DNA of 64,000 nucleotides from Setoptus koraiensis (GCA_048013815.1 CM106586.1:10912001-10976000), one strand, 5' to 3'; counted from the first letter of the stretch, positions 11,806 through 24,598 are shown. Notes: generated from the sequence alone by a model not told the origin. A program made the numbers and translations.

Positions 11806-12650
11806 TTACTGGGATGCCATCGAACGGCATGTGACATTATAGGCACCATTAGACATTGGGTGGCCCGGCCACCGTGGCCGAATGCTTCGCATTTCCTTGG
11901 GGCGAATATTGAGATCGAATCGTGATAACTGGAAGAATGAAGCAATCAATATTGACGGCGAATCGCCGACACAACGGAAACCCATGCCTAGACAAATAAA
12001 TTGCTTGTTTGCTCGTTTCACAGTTGTCAGTTCTTATTCTTTAATTTGGAAGTTATTGTGTAACAACACAAATGCGTTATTATCAACAGAAACGCCGCCG
12101 CATTGTTTACAAAGTCCAGCTTGCTGCTCGCCAATATTGCCTCCTCGTGCTCACTGCCAAATTGTCCGTTCTCGATTGGCGGCGGACCATTGCTGGTGGC
12201 TGCCAGAATAAAATAGGATAGATCAATGAGGGCGGGCAAAATGATAAAGTTTCCTATTTTGTAACATTTCATCTTGTACAAAGCCATGGATATTGATAGC
12301 ATTATGGCGAATAATATTGAAAGCAACAATTCCAGTAATATAATAATCGGGTGTCTTGTTTCGTTTTCATAATCTGTATGAGCGAGAAAAATAAACATTG
12401 GGTGACAACAATTAATCATGGGCATCACGCCACCTTACAAATCTATTGTTTAAGTGATCTGATTCGGTTAACTAGCCCCAGACCATACTTACACTTCCAA
12501 ATTGTACTCAACACACTCAATATGACGAATAGTTTTATGTAAGATTCTATAATAAATACGCTGATTGCTGTGGATAAATTCATGTCACTTTTGTGCTCTT
12601 GTTGCTATAATAATATAATGCCTCCGCTGATTGTATTTAACTTAGACATT
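11806..12650 (-). pseudogene. Possible decayed multi-pass membrane protein (gustatory-receptor-like) relic
   Basis: Several hydrophobic segments across broken frames (AISVFIIESYIKLFVILSVLSTIW; IIILLELLLSILFAIMLSISMALY; AAAFLLIITHLCC). No diagnostic motif is certain. Confidence 0.2.
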
Positions 12651-13323
12651 GATCAATATTTCCGGACTTGACTAGATCTTATTAAGGGCTCGATTTTCAG
12701 TGACTCTTAATTAATAATAACTCTGCTAATATCCTCTTGTTTATAATCTTTATAATAAGCATGTCTATACATCTCGTTTGATTTGCCTATGCCAAATATA
12801 CTTTAATTTCTGGACTAAAAAAAGCGTACTGATTAATAAATTAGCGAACTGTCGAAAATAGTGATAGTTGATAGGGGCGATGGCTCGAAAAGTGAAGTGG
12901 ATAATAAAAGTGTAGGTGAATCTGACTTGTGGGATTGCCGATTAGAACAATTTACATGCGACTGTTGCAGCAACTGCAGGGCAATTCAATAAATGCGCGC
13001 GTAACCCATGGCAACACATCAGCTGACTACGACATCTGGCAAGCTAATGTCATTTTTTGATTATCTTCTTTAAATTGTTTGTTTATGAAATGAATAAGAA
13101 ACGATTTCTCTACATTTTCCTGTACAGAAAAAAAGTAACACAGAGACGAAACCATTGCCTATGTAAATTGAGTATTGTCATTCCTTAATTTGCACACCGA
13201 CGAGAAATATCCTCTCACTTGTTTGAACGTGAGTCGTACTTTGTTATCTGTTTGTAGATTTATTTATTCAATATGGATGAAGAAGCAGCATTGATTTGTT
13301 AAGATCTTGTTAAGAATTTCGTC

Positions 13324-14052
13324 ATGATATTGTGTCTATCTTTGTTGGTAAATCATCTAACCATGAGTTCGAATCTGCTGCCAGTTAATAGTTTTGCTGG
13401 TCCAGCAACAATTGAACAGAACCATTCATCAACATTTATAACCACCATAAGCATAGGCTATCCAGGCTTTGCTTTGTCATTCTTTCTGAAAAAAATTATT
13501 CCACGGTCTAAGCAAACTATTTTTCTTGTGTTAACGCTCAACGAAGATATGCTAGAAACTGGCAAGCAACGATCGCTACAAATGTTGCCTCAATGCGATC
13601 TCGATCGTCTCGCCTGGACAGTGGGAGATGCTCAAGAGCTCCCGTTTGAAGACGAGTCTTTTCATCTTTACACAATAGCCTACGGAATCAGAAACGTAGT
13701 TGATATAGAAAAAGCTCTAAGAGAATCTCATAGAGTTCTCAAAAGTGGAGGTCTGTTTGCGTGCCTGGAATTCAGTCAAGTTACAAATCCAATATTGAAA
13801 GCACCTTATGAGAAATACCTTTTAGAAGTTATACCAGTCATGGGCGAAATAGTTGTTGGTGACTATAAGTCCTATAAGTATCTAGCAGAAAGCATATTGA
13901 ATTTTCCCAATCAGGAGGACTTCAAGCAGATGATAAAGGAGGCCGGCTTCACTTATGCTGGATACGAAAGTTTATTGCAAGGTGTCTCAGCTATCCATTA
14001 TGGTTACAAGCGCTTGTGCTCGATTCCAGTTGATAGAGAAAAAAAAAAATAA
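13324..14052 (+). CDS. Chimeric ORF, 242 aa: ~72 novel aa + COQ5 C-terminal ~158 aa + 12-aa read-through tail
   Basis: True ATG at 13324, in frame with the duplicated COQ5 segment. Lacks the SAM-binding motif I (DVAGGTGD). Expression unknown. Confidence 0.3.
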   Translation: MILCLSLLVNHLTMSSNLLPVNSFAGPATIEQNHSSTFITTISIGYPGFALSFFLKKIIPRSKQTIFLVLTLNEDMLETGKQRSLQMLPQCDLDRLAWTVGDAQELPFEDESFHLYTIAYGIRNVVDIEKALRESHRVLKSGGLFACLEFSQVTNPILKAPYEKYLLEVIPVMGEIVVGDYKSYKYLAESILNFPNQEDFKQMIKEAGFTYAGYESLLQGVSAIHYGYKRLCSIPVDREKKK

Positions 14053-14099
14053 ACTAATCTACTGGCTCAGTTGTTCTAAGTCATCTTCAGCATCTATAT
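13538..14099 (+). pseudogene. COQ5: Near-identical inverted duplicate of COQ5 3' part and TSR3 3' end (source 33361-33919)
   Basis: Line-by-line comparison shows 562 bp vs 559 bp. The differences are one substitution (stop TAG to TTG) and an A8 to A11 tract. Confidence 0.95.
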
Positions 14100-14366
14100 G
14101 GTTGTCAAAATATTTCTTTTTTCATGTTGTTTATTTGGCATCTAACAATTCTTTCGTGTTGAGGTTTAACAATTTTGCCGTTTCTTTATGGGTTGTTGCA
14201 TTCCGGAGGAACTCTTCTAGTTAAAGATTCACTTTTTTCTGGACAATATTTGTTTCTTTGTTTGCTAGAAGCTTATATAGACACACAGGTTGTTCAGCCT
14301 TCTACTATATTATATTGGAGGTGATAAAACGCCTAATACTAATGCTAAGTCTAGTCAGTTAATGAA

Positions 14367-16064
14367 CTAGCTTTTGAATGATGAATTTGCCTTTCTCCCC
14401 ATTGCTAATTGGTTCATTGTGGGCGCCACGCTTTTGGAATTTTGGGGCTTTAATAGATTATCAAGGTCGATGTTTATCTTTGCACCGATACCCAAACTAG
14501 CCCACGTCTCCGGGAGATTTCCTGACGCGCGCTTGCTCGAGTCCGAGGAGGCATCAGATATTTGACTTGTTGGCTGGATAGGTACAGGTATATCAGCTTC
14601 ACAATGTCCGTTATTGGTGGTTATGAGTCCGGAATGTGCTATAGGAGGTGAATTATTGCCTAGAATGTTATCCGAAAACAAGTCTATTTCGCATTTGTTA
14701 CTATTATTGCTGACATTATTTGTGGAGCTAACGAGATTGTTGTAGGTGGATTCAATCTCCACATTGCCTGCGATATCGTTGTTATCCAACAGATCAAAAA
14801 AATTATCACTACTCTGTTTTGGCGCAGATATCATGGAGCTCGATGGACTTTCTACGTTATTCAGCGTTTTTCCAGCAACAAAGATTGAGTTATCTTTTTC
14901 AAAAGAGATATCTCCAAATAAATCAGTTTCTATAATTGATTTATTCACTGTTGGTATAGAGTCCAAACCCTCTTTAACAGGTAGCACTTCTTCGGGTGGT
15001 GGTGGGGGATTGCTCATAGTCAAATCGGGCAAGTATGACTTGTTACTTTTGACCGGCCTGGGTTTTTTGTTAGAAAATATATCTATATTACTAACTATGG
15101 CTCTCAGATCAGGCTCACTGTCATTGGAAAAGGCGTTGGATGATGAAGCTTTATCGCTGATGCCCAAATTTAGATTGTCATCGAACTTTTTAGTCACATC
15201 ATCAATGATTTTGTTGTCGACAGATTGTCCTGATTGCTTCTTTGAACTTGAATCGCAGCTTTCCGTGCTTGTTCTTTTATCTCTGGAACCATTGTAATCC
15301 TCAGTATCGTTCGACAGTCCATAATCTTTAACATTGTCTGCGTATCTATTGCTACTACGATCAGAATAGATTGTTAGTCATTAGTGAGATATATGAAAAA
15401 TAGCAGTCAGAGTAGCGCACAGCGATGCTGAAATAACTCACCTGGACGTAGATCTTGAGAGGCCAGTAGTAAAAGTATCTGAGGCAACTCCGGTATACTT
15501 ATCACGATTTTTTTTAGCCTTTTTCCTCTCTTCGCGCAACAGATCATCATTTTGAACCAGTTCAATCATCTGTTTTACTCTTATTCTTATGTTGATCCCA
15601 CAATCTTTACCAGACTCATCGATGAAGGCGTAATTTTCCAGTGTCCTCAAATCAATAATGTGGTCCCTAGCGCTCGAAACAACTCTATCAGCACCATTCT
15701 TAATTAGGTAGTTGAGGACAATGAGCGCTTTGTAGGTTCTACGCCAGTTAAATTGATTGTCGACAAGCATTCTTCTCCAGAGCATGGCCATAATCTCTGG
15801 ATAATGTTCATATGAGAATGTTGCTTGGGCCAATTCCTGCATTAATTGACCTGTTGGACCCCATGCCTCATCGTTGGTGGCCTCGCGCACTTTGGCCTCC
15901 ACCTCGGTGTAGTTCATAACAATGTTAGTTCTGTGATGTGGCAACATAATGCGGATGCAGTTTAGGATGTTATTATTGGCATTAGGATAATTATGGAGTC
16001 GTGTATTTATGCGGCCGTGTTATATTACTTACGCTTTATCAACTATCTCTCTTAGTTTCCACAT
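14367..16064 (-). CDS. CLINT1: Clathrin interactor 1 / epsinR (lqfR); 3 exons (16064-16033, 15930-15442, 15354-14367), 502 aa
   Basis: MWKLREIVDKA|TNIVMNYTEVEAKVREATNDEAWGP ENTH domain, EERKKAKKNRDKY, C-terminal TW...NIDLDNLL. GT-AG junctions are in phase, with a GACTAAC branch point in intron 2. Confidence 0.9.
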
Positions 16065-17675
16065 GGTGATTGTTTGATCGCTACGTCCTACTAGAGCTTA
16101 TCAAGTTTTGTTTTTCATAAAAGAATATGAGCTTGTAAAACAGGCTTGTTAAAAATGACAAATGTATATGTATAATATTATATTATTTGATTTGATTTCT
16201 GTTGTTGGCTGGTTTTAATTTAATAATAATAAATAATTTCGCACCCAGTCATCTTCTCAACACCTGTAATCTATAATGGAATTTGGCGTGGTAGATGATG
16301 ATATTCCGATTAGTGACACAACACTATTAGTGACCATCTTTCAAGCTAATGATATGTGGTATAATAGATTAGTTTTAAATAAATAAGTCTATTTCTATAT
16401 TCCAAAAGACTCATGAGACTCAGACTGTCAGATGCGTGTATAAATGTATCGCAGGATGTTTTAATGAAATATATGTCTATTAGCGGGCGTCCATGTTTAA
16501 AATCAATACAACTTTATGATGTCACACAGTATTGTATACTTATTTTCTCTACTCTATTATGTTACATATACATGGTGATATAATAAATATAGAGACTACA
16601 CTGCAGTACAGTATAGCGGCGTATACGAGTGATATGAAGAAAAAAAATAAAAAATAAATTACGTAGTTTCATCTGATCGTTTTTGTCTGTGCAATTGATA
16701 AATGAGCGGCGTGTGCATTCTGTTTATCCGCTCAGATTGCACAAGCTGGATGTTCTAATTGGCCGGATGGTGGCGCCCCGAGCGCTTGTCTGTTGGCACT
16801 GTTGCCATGCGCCGCCACAGTAGACAAGCACAACAAAGTGTCACTTGTCACTGTCAAGTACAAAGTTCTTTGCAAACAACTGTACTTGTCAATCATACTA
16901 ATTAAGTCAGTCACAATCTGCATGACAGTACTTTTCAAGTTGCATCATTTCATATGTAATAAGTGCTGTTCGCTAGTTTAAACTAACAATTTGTTGTATT
17001 TGTAAGCAACGGCAGCCTCTAGAATGGCAAGTAATGTCAACACGCGCTTATCACGCCTAGTAGATGGTTACACGGACGCGAATGCTATAGCCATTTGACC
17101 TTGTCAAAACAAAGACCCCTATGGGGACCGACAGCACCGGAAGATCGGGTAGAGCGATTCAGAGTGTCTTGTGAGAGAATATATTGCCGCCTGATACGGA
17201 CCACAACCGCCCGCCGAGCTATCACTAACCATTAGTGACTAACGAGTGCGTTTGTTAGTGGATTGCTGTTCACAGATAACGGTGAAAATCGTGCCACTTT
17301 TTTCGGCGGCGTTATGTAAGACGCAATTCTAGATTTGTCAGAGCGCCTGTCGTGCGTTTGACATGAGCGCGCGGCCATGATTAACGGATCAACAAAGATC
17401 GAATTCGAAAAAAGAGACATCTGTCGGCTGTTGTCGCCAACTAGTTTCTGGCGCAATTCGATTGCCTAACCAATACCGTAAGTGTAGCAGCAAATAGAGT
17501 AAATACGTTACATAAGGCACACACACAGCCACTGTGCCACACAATTGAGTTATCTGACAAAGCGCCACTCGTCTTTGGCGATGTCTGTTTGCGTGCAATG
17601 GCGTACAAACAAAGATGTACGTTTCGAAGCGAGATTTTTGGCTAGCTCGCTCTAGTTGCCAGCTACGCTTTTGCT

Positions 17676-17701
17676 ATGATGATGATGATGATGATGATGA
17701 T
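17676..17701. repeat. (ATG)8 microsatellite
   Basis: Direct read. Confidence 0.9.
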
Positions 17702-18284
17702 TTATATGTGTAGCAGAGAAACATTGTAGACGCAGTGTGAAAATCTCAAGTGTTTTTGTTGTTGGACATCAACAACAAAACGCAACAAACAAACGAACGG
17801 CCATTGTTCCTGTGCAAACGCTTCTGTGCCGAATTTCGCACAATCATCATCGCACAATGAATTTGCCCCCTCGAAAAACAGATTTTGAAAACAAAAGCTG
17901 ATGAAAGCCAACTAATATAATGTCCCACCGCCTTTATTTCGTTCTACCCCAAAAAAGGTTGAGGTAATATTTTTCAAAGTTATTATTACATTAAATTGGT
18001 ACATATTGATTGACACAACTATTTTAAGACCCAGTCTTCATTTTTATTTTACCATAGTATAATCTCTTTCGCGTTTTAGAATAGACAATAGTAATTTGCA
18101 AATATTAATATATCATAGATAAATACGCAGATATAATAACATACACAAAAACATACATATAAATATATGTATAATCATAAATCTTATCTTGAATCTATAT
18201 CAATGATTTTATTAAAACAAAACCCTATAACTGACAATACAAAAATAAAGTACATTATCAGTTTGCTTAATAAACATTCGCAAA

Positions 18285-19081
18285 ATGAAGCTACTTGAGA
18301 GTAGTTGTTCCGAGTTGTTGAATTCAGCTTTAAATTTCGAAACTGGAAGATGTCGTATCATCGGAAGGTAAGATCCAATTGCTCCATTGCGAACCTTAAT
18401 AGTAGTCTCAAGTACTGAAAATTTATATTCTCAATAATTCATTCAAATGAACAATACAGAGTTGAAATATATTCATGCAAATTGGTTGCTAACGAAAAGA
18501 AACTTTTCAAACAGTTGAACGGTGACCCGAACAATGATCCAAACAAATTGGAGGCTTTGTCCCCACCAGAGAGCTGCTCATATTCTTGCAGTCCAAACAC
18601 CTATTATAGTAGAAGTCTTACTAGCGAAGAGGGTGACAAAGAGCACATATGTGACACTATCAGCCGAAAGACATTGTTCTACTTGATTGCTACACTGAAT
18701 GCATCATTCGGACCTGATTACGATTTCAGTAAAGCCAAAGCAGACGAATTCAGTAAGGAGCCTAACTACAATTGGGTCATGAACGCTATTGACGCCAATT
18801 TCCTTAGCTCACCAGCCCATCAATCATATTCTGTACTTAAACCACAATTGTGGTCGGCTATTGATAGCGCAATCAATATGCCAGAATGTGAGATATACAG
18901 TTACAACACCGATTTAAACTCTGACCCCTACTCAGAGGATGGTTGTCTATGGTCGTTCAACTATTTCTTTTATAACAAAAAATTAAAGCGGGTTCTGTTC
19001 TTCACATGCCGCTCTACAAGTAACTATGCAAGTGGCGATTCCTCTGGCGACAACGATATGATCGAAATGGACGACTTCTAA
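18285..19081 (+). CDS. MAF1: RNA polymerase III repressor MAF1; 2 exons (18285-18367, 18460-19081), 234 aa
   Basis: MKLLESS...IIGR|[54 protein letters not shown] phase-2 intron of 92 nt. Confidence 0.95.
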
Positions 19082-19340
19082 ATGATTTAAAATCAACAAA
19101 GATATAATCACTATCCTTGACACATGACAAACCAACTTATTAATAAATCTAAGTTTTATGACATTTGTAAAGACACTTCATGTTATCGTTTTCTTCTTTA
19201 ATCCGAATTTTCTACTATCGATGCTTACTGGACTGGTTATCTCAATGACTATCTTTACAACTAACTGGTCTGTAAATTCAATTTCTTTTCCAATGTAATC
19301 GTGCCAAGTATAACAAAGAATCAATAGTGTTGAATCCGGG

Positions 19341-21619
19341 CTAATCACCAACATCACCCGAACAACTCCCTTCTTCGCTTACGAGAGAACACTTTCTAGC
19401 TAGGGGTAAGGCATACGACATAAGATCCGGTTCCATCTTATTGGGACATGAGGTACTAGCTAATGTGTCATGATCACTAAATGCTTCGTGTTGCGAGATA
19501 TCAGTTGCTTCACTGATTTCGTTGTCTGTTCTAGAAGATCCCTCTTCGAGTTGATTCTCATTGTTCCAAGATTCAGAGGTACATGATAGTGGGGTACCAT
19601 GGAAGAATGGTGTAAATTTGTCTCTAAGTTTATGCTGAGGTTGCAGTATTCTTCTACGCATCTGTTGTTGCTGTTGTTTTGTTTTAAGAGTTGCCAAGCA
19701 ATTGATGGAAGTAGGAAGTTTTTCCGTTTTCGGAAGAGTATTGTTTGCAGAGCACTCCATTGTTACATCATCTGACTTTTCAACCTGTGTAGGCCTAGAT
19801 GATTCATTTATTGTATTGGGATTTTGGAAAGGTGTTGCCTTTTCAAAATCGTTTTGTTGATTTGTTTCAAATGCTTCGATATTTAGAGGATTGTGAGCGT
19901 CCATTTTTTGACTTTTTTTCATATTATGAGTATTACGAAGTGCTCGATCTCTCAATAACTGATATGTTGCGTTGATATATTCATCATAAGATACCTTTAT
20001 TGAGTCAGATTTAGAATGCAGCTCACTTTTGGCGGATGTAGCCTCAGTACCAGATTCGTCTTGCTTATCGTTAGAATGTTTATCATCCTTAGAAATTGAG
20101 GTATTATTAAATCGTCGATTGGTCAATCTGGCATTCTTAAGCGACTGCTCTATAGATGATTTTGAGTCACTAAGACAACTCAACGCCAACATTTCATTAA
20201 TGATCCGTTCATGTATGTTACGATCCTCTTCGCTCATCTCTCCCCCACTGATGTCAGGAGAGGTGGGTCGATAATATGTGTTGTTACTTCTTGGTGTATT
20301 TAGAGATCTCCCGAGGCTACTACAACTTCCGTTGGATAGCGGGGAGGAAGAGCCACCGAGTGTCTGCCTGTCTCCACTAGACAATGATCTCGATCTCATG
20401 TTAATAGGGAGACTTGTTGAATTAGTTTCATCTAAGTCATTCTTATCAAAAGAACAAATTTCGTCGATTGCTGGTAGACCAGCAGAGATTAATTGCTGCT
20501 TAGTGGCAGCACTAATAACTTTAGAGGGTTGGTGACCTGAGGCAGTTATCGCTGATAAAGACGATGAAAGTTTATGGCCAGTTGAAGGGGATTGTTTGAC
20601 TGACTGTTGTGGGAAGGCTTGATGATTTTGTGCATGCGAATGATGAATATTTAGGCTTGATTGAGTATTTTTAGGAGACAATTCTAACCAAGGATGCTGA
20701 AGTATCTCATACACAAGTAAACGAGAGTTGGGGTCACGTTTGATAAGTGATTTGACTAATTCTATAGCATGGCCGCTTATATCTGTTCTTTGGGGGATAG
20801 TGAAGGAGCAGTCTAGTATTTTCGTTAATGTTTCATTATCATTAATTTGCATGAATGGATTCCCACCAAATAAAAGGATGTACAACATGATACCCAATCC
20901 CCAAATATCAACTTTTGTGCCATCATAAATTTCCCCTAACAGTAATTCTGGTGCAGAGTATGCTAGAGTTCCACACGAAGTGCGCATCTTTTCGTCGGGA
21001 TTCCATTGGTTGGCGAATCCAAAATCTATTAGCTTTATCAATGGACCAGATATATTATTATTAATCGAATGCTTGTGATCGGTAACAAGGATGTTCTCTG
21101 GCTTTAGATCTCTATGCACAATCTTTAGCGAATGACAATAGGCTATGGCACTGCATATTTGTTTGAATATATGCTGGGCTTCTGTTTCGGGTAATCCGTT
21201 CCTCTTGTTTCTATTGAAAAGATAGTCATGAAGATCGCAAGCATGCGGACCGCAATACTCCGTGATCAAATGTAGTTTAGTTTTGGTGTCAATAACCTGA
21301 TATAGTTTCAATATGTTGGGATGCTCGTACTCGGATAGTCTAAATAATATTCTTATCTCTGTCCCTAATTGGCATAGACTCTCTTTGTTGAGTCTGGCTT
21401 TTTCAATGATCTTTATTGCGACCGGTTCACCTGAATAGTGGACAACGAGGAAGAGAGAATTTGCATACTTTAAAATCAGATAATATTCAGGTCATCAGTA
21501 CAAATGATAAATGGTGGTTGTCACAACTAACCTGTTAGGCAATGCCTCGCTAATTTGACTAGTCCATAGTGTCCCTTGCCCAATGTTTTAGACGTTATGT
21601 CGTAGAAACCCTTGGCCAT
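19341..21619 (-). CDS. SNRK: SNF-related Ser/Thr kinase; 2 exons (21619-21532, 21430-19341), 725 aa
   Basis: LGKGHYGLVKLARHCLTG|EPVAIK, HRDLKPEN, DFG, TSCGTLAYSAPE, split UBA (NATYQLL), RKCSLVSEE. The 3' end may have an extra exon. Confidence 0.85.
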
Positions 21620-22739
21620 TTAATAATCTGATGTTAATTGTTGTGAGTTCAGATGGCCAATATAGGGATAATTGTTAGGTCTAATGTTATATTTATTCCT
21701 AAAGACAAATTTTGTATCATTTTGATTTATCGCAAAATTTTGTTATAGTTGTGTATATGGCTGTGTCTCTTGTAGCGTTATATACCTATGCCATGGTTTA
21801 TAATGTATTTTGTCATTGAATATTACTATTACATACGTATCACTTAATATACATTAGCATGTGTCTTTCTCAATGACAGATTGCTTCTTATGTGAACGTA
21901 ATTGATGGTATCCATCCAACCGAGAAAACGTATGTAAAAATGTAAATGTCAAATCTTACAAATCAATTGTTGTGAAGTGTGTAGTCGTGTGTGCTGGTAA
22001 GACCAAATGTAACAATCACTTAAGTAGAATCTGAAGATTATTACTTTCAATTTATTTTATATAATAATAGTCAGACTAGGTCGTGATCATAGGTAGTTCA
22101 TGGACAGAGACCATCCAGGTAAAGGCAGTTGGAGAAAAAACCTGTTCAATAAGACGATAAATGTTGCAGGGACCTAATGATAATAATAATATGCAGTAAT
22201 ATGCTAGAATCGTCGTTTTTGATGACTACTCTGTGTTGATTTTGCGACACAGCCACATACCTGTAAAGAGCTGTGTGAGGCATTTCGAGGGCATAAAGTG
22301 GGCGTTTATGGATGACGCATTGTACTTGTGCGGGTATTTTAATTTTTCGATAAAACCACGTCAGGATTTTATATTTTTCTCCCGATGTTGTTTATTTAAG
22401 ACGATTTTCCAGCAAAGATATGCTGGTGGAACTATAGGCTCCGAAAAGTAGATAGCGTGAAGACGTGTATCGGACGGAAAATAATGGGAACGCTCAAACA
22501 CGCCCAATCTGGCACTACCTAGTCTGTGATGCGCTGTTTGTGAAAATTAACAAAAAAGAAAACATTTTCGGGTTAGGCAAAACGCATGCAGAAAGAAAAA
22601 GATAGATGTAGATATATCCATGAGTCCGTGAATTCGGTAATTAGTTAGTCGGTTGTAACAATCTACTTTTTCACCGGTATACTGCATATAATCATGAAGT
22701 TTAATGTAAAATTACTTGGTTACTTGATTTTAGGTGGAT

Positions 22740-23300
22740 CAGATTGCCAAAAGAAGCAGAGTAGAGGCGCGGATTTTTAGATAGTAGGGAATTTACGATT
22801 GTAGATCTTTATTGACATTGCAATCAACTAATTATGGCCAATGAGATTGGGCATATATTATTTGTTTGCTAAACCAATATTTCTCTAACTCATCCTCTAG
22901 AGATGAGCTAAACTAATTTATTCACCCTCCGATGAGTACTAGTCTAGCATGAGTAAAAAACGGTCACTCTATAGTGTACATAGACATATGAATGGAGGCT
23001 ACAAAAGAGGAAACTAAGTCTTCTCTAAAACGTTTCCGTCTTTTTTATTCAATAAAACTTAAATGACCGAATTGCTTAAACAATTGTGGTCAACCAAAAG
23101 AAATTGACTACTTGACAATTTAATAGGTTACCCCGCAAAGCTTGAAGCCATCAATCATATTCAACTCAAACAAAACCGACAATGCATCAAACATCAGTTT
23201 TATTGGCCATAATGTTGTGTATGGCAACTGTGTCAGGCCAAAGTTATCACACTCTTCTTATACCAAGCCAAATCAATCATAGACATTACATAGACGTTCA
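22740..23300 (+). mobile_element. Possible highly degenerate LTR-retrotransposon integrase relic
   Basis: Stop-riddled peptides IKHQFYWP*CCVWQLCQAK and DCQKK...IFIDIA loosely resemble Gypsy integrase Zn-finger and core motifs. Weak. Confidence 0.15.
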
Positions 23301-24575
23301 CTAAAAAAAAATAGTAATAATAATAATAATAATAGTAAAAATAATGAGCACCATGTCGAGCGTCTGATGCAATCAATTTGAAAGGTCCAGAGGGGTCACT
23401 CCGAAAAGTATAGATAAACTCCGATATGCCGACAACATGCCCATCGATCCTGATGAGCAACCATCCGCTTGTTTGACTATTAGTCAAAATACCATTGATC
23501 TGAGGAAATTATGAAAAGTTAGGTTGTGTTAGTTGAAATGTCAATGAAAGCAATAGACATCATGAAGAGACATTCTAGTATTCGTATATCTCAGCTGAAG
23601 AAATTTTAGAACTCAACATGTTGAATGGAATGATTATTCAGTTGTCCCTATCTAAAAAGTTGTCATCATTTTAGACGAATACAGAATTCTCCAGATCTGA
23701 ATGTTGTGTGGAAGATGGATACTTACAGTGGAACTCGACATGTAAAATATTTCTTATTCATCGTCTGTCTAGATTGGGCAACACACTACAAGGTGGAACT
23801 ACTAGTAAGTCGAGTGGATAGATGAAAGCTGTATGATTAGAATTAGGCCGAGTAATCGACGGGACGCGTGTAACGTAACGCAAAATCAGTGAACTAAGTC
23901 GTAATCATTAAGATCAGAGATCTTGGTGAATTCTCATCATTTTATGGGTTTCGAAGATGGCTGGTCCCAGCTAGGCATGGTGCGCATACATACCCCATAG
24001 ATATAACTTCCAAATTGACTGGCTCTTCACAACCTAGATGAAAAGAGGCGAAAGAGAAGACGAATGTTACTATAATGCATCCTGGGGTGATAAAGCTAGC
24101 GAGTCGAGCCAGCTAAGGATAATTGTTCGCTACGTTTGATGGCACGGGTGACAGTAGTTGAGATTTGCATCTGGATGCCCCCGCTTCCTATGTAGTAATG
24201 CTCGTTCAATATTGTCTCTAACAATAACAATTTGTTTTTAAATTGGCACCGCAGTCAACCAATGGTCAGGCTACTCGGCGTGGCGTTGAGACGGAACCAG
24301 ACGTGGACTTTTTGATGAAGAATGTATATTGGACTTACCTCCATACCGAATCGATGATGAGGCCAGTGTGGCCTAATTGGTGGCCCGTCAATAACTGGAG
24401 CTAAACATTAGAGAATGAGCCCTTTATATAGCCACCGGGATGGCTGTTGTCACGATAGTGTTGCCATGTGTGTTTGTTCATGTCCGGAAAATGAGTGAGA
24501 CTAGCATGCTGTTTTCGTGTTGGCGGATTGTACATGCCAATGGAATGTTTTCTGACCGCAGCGAAACACGCATTG

Positions 24576-24598
24576 CACACACACACACACACACACAC
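24576..24598. repeat. (CA)11 microsatellite
   Basis: Direct read. Confidence 0.9.

Noticed and set aside
14039-14049. A11 as the poly(A) tail of a COQ5 retrocopy
   Set aside because: The tract is internal, exists in the parent (A8), and homology continues 50 bp beyond it into the TSR3 sequence.
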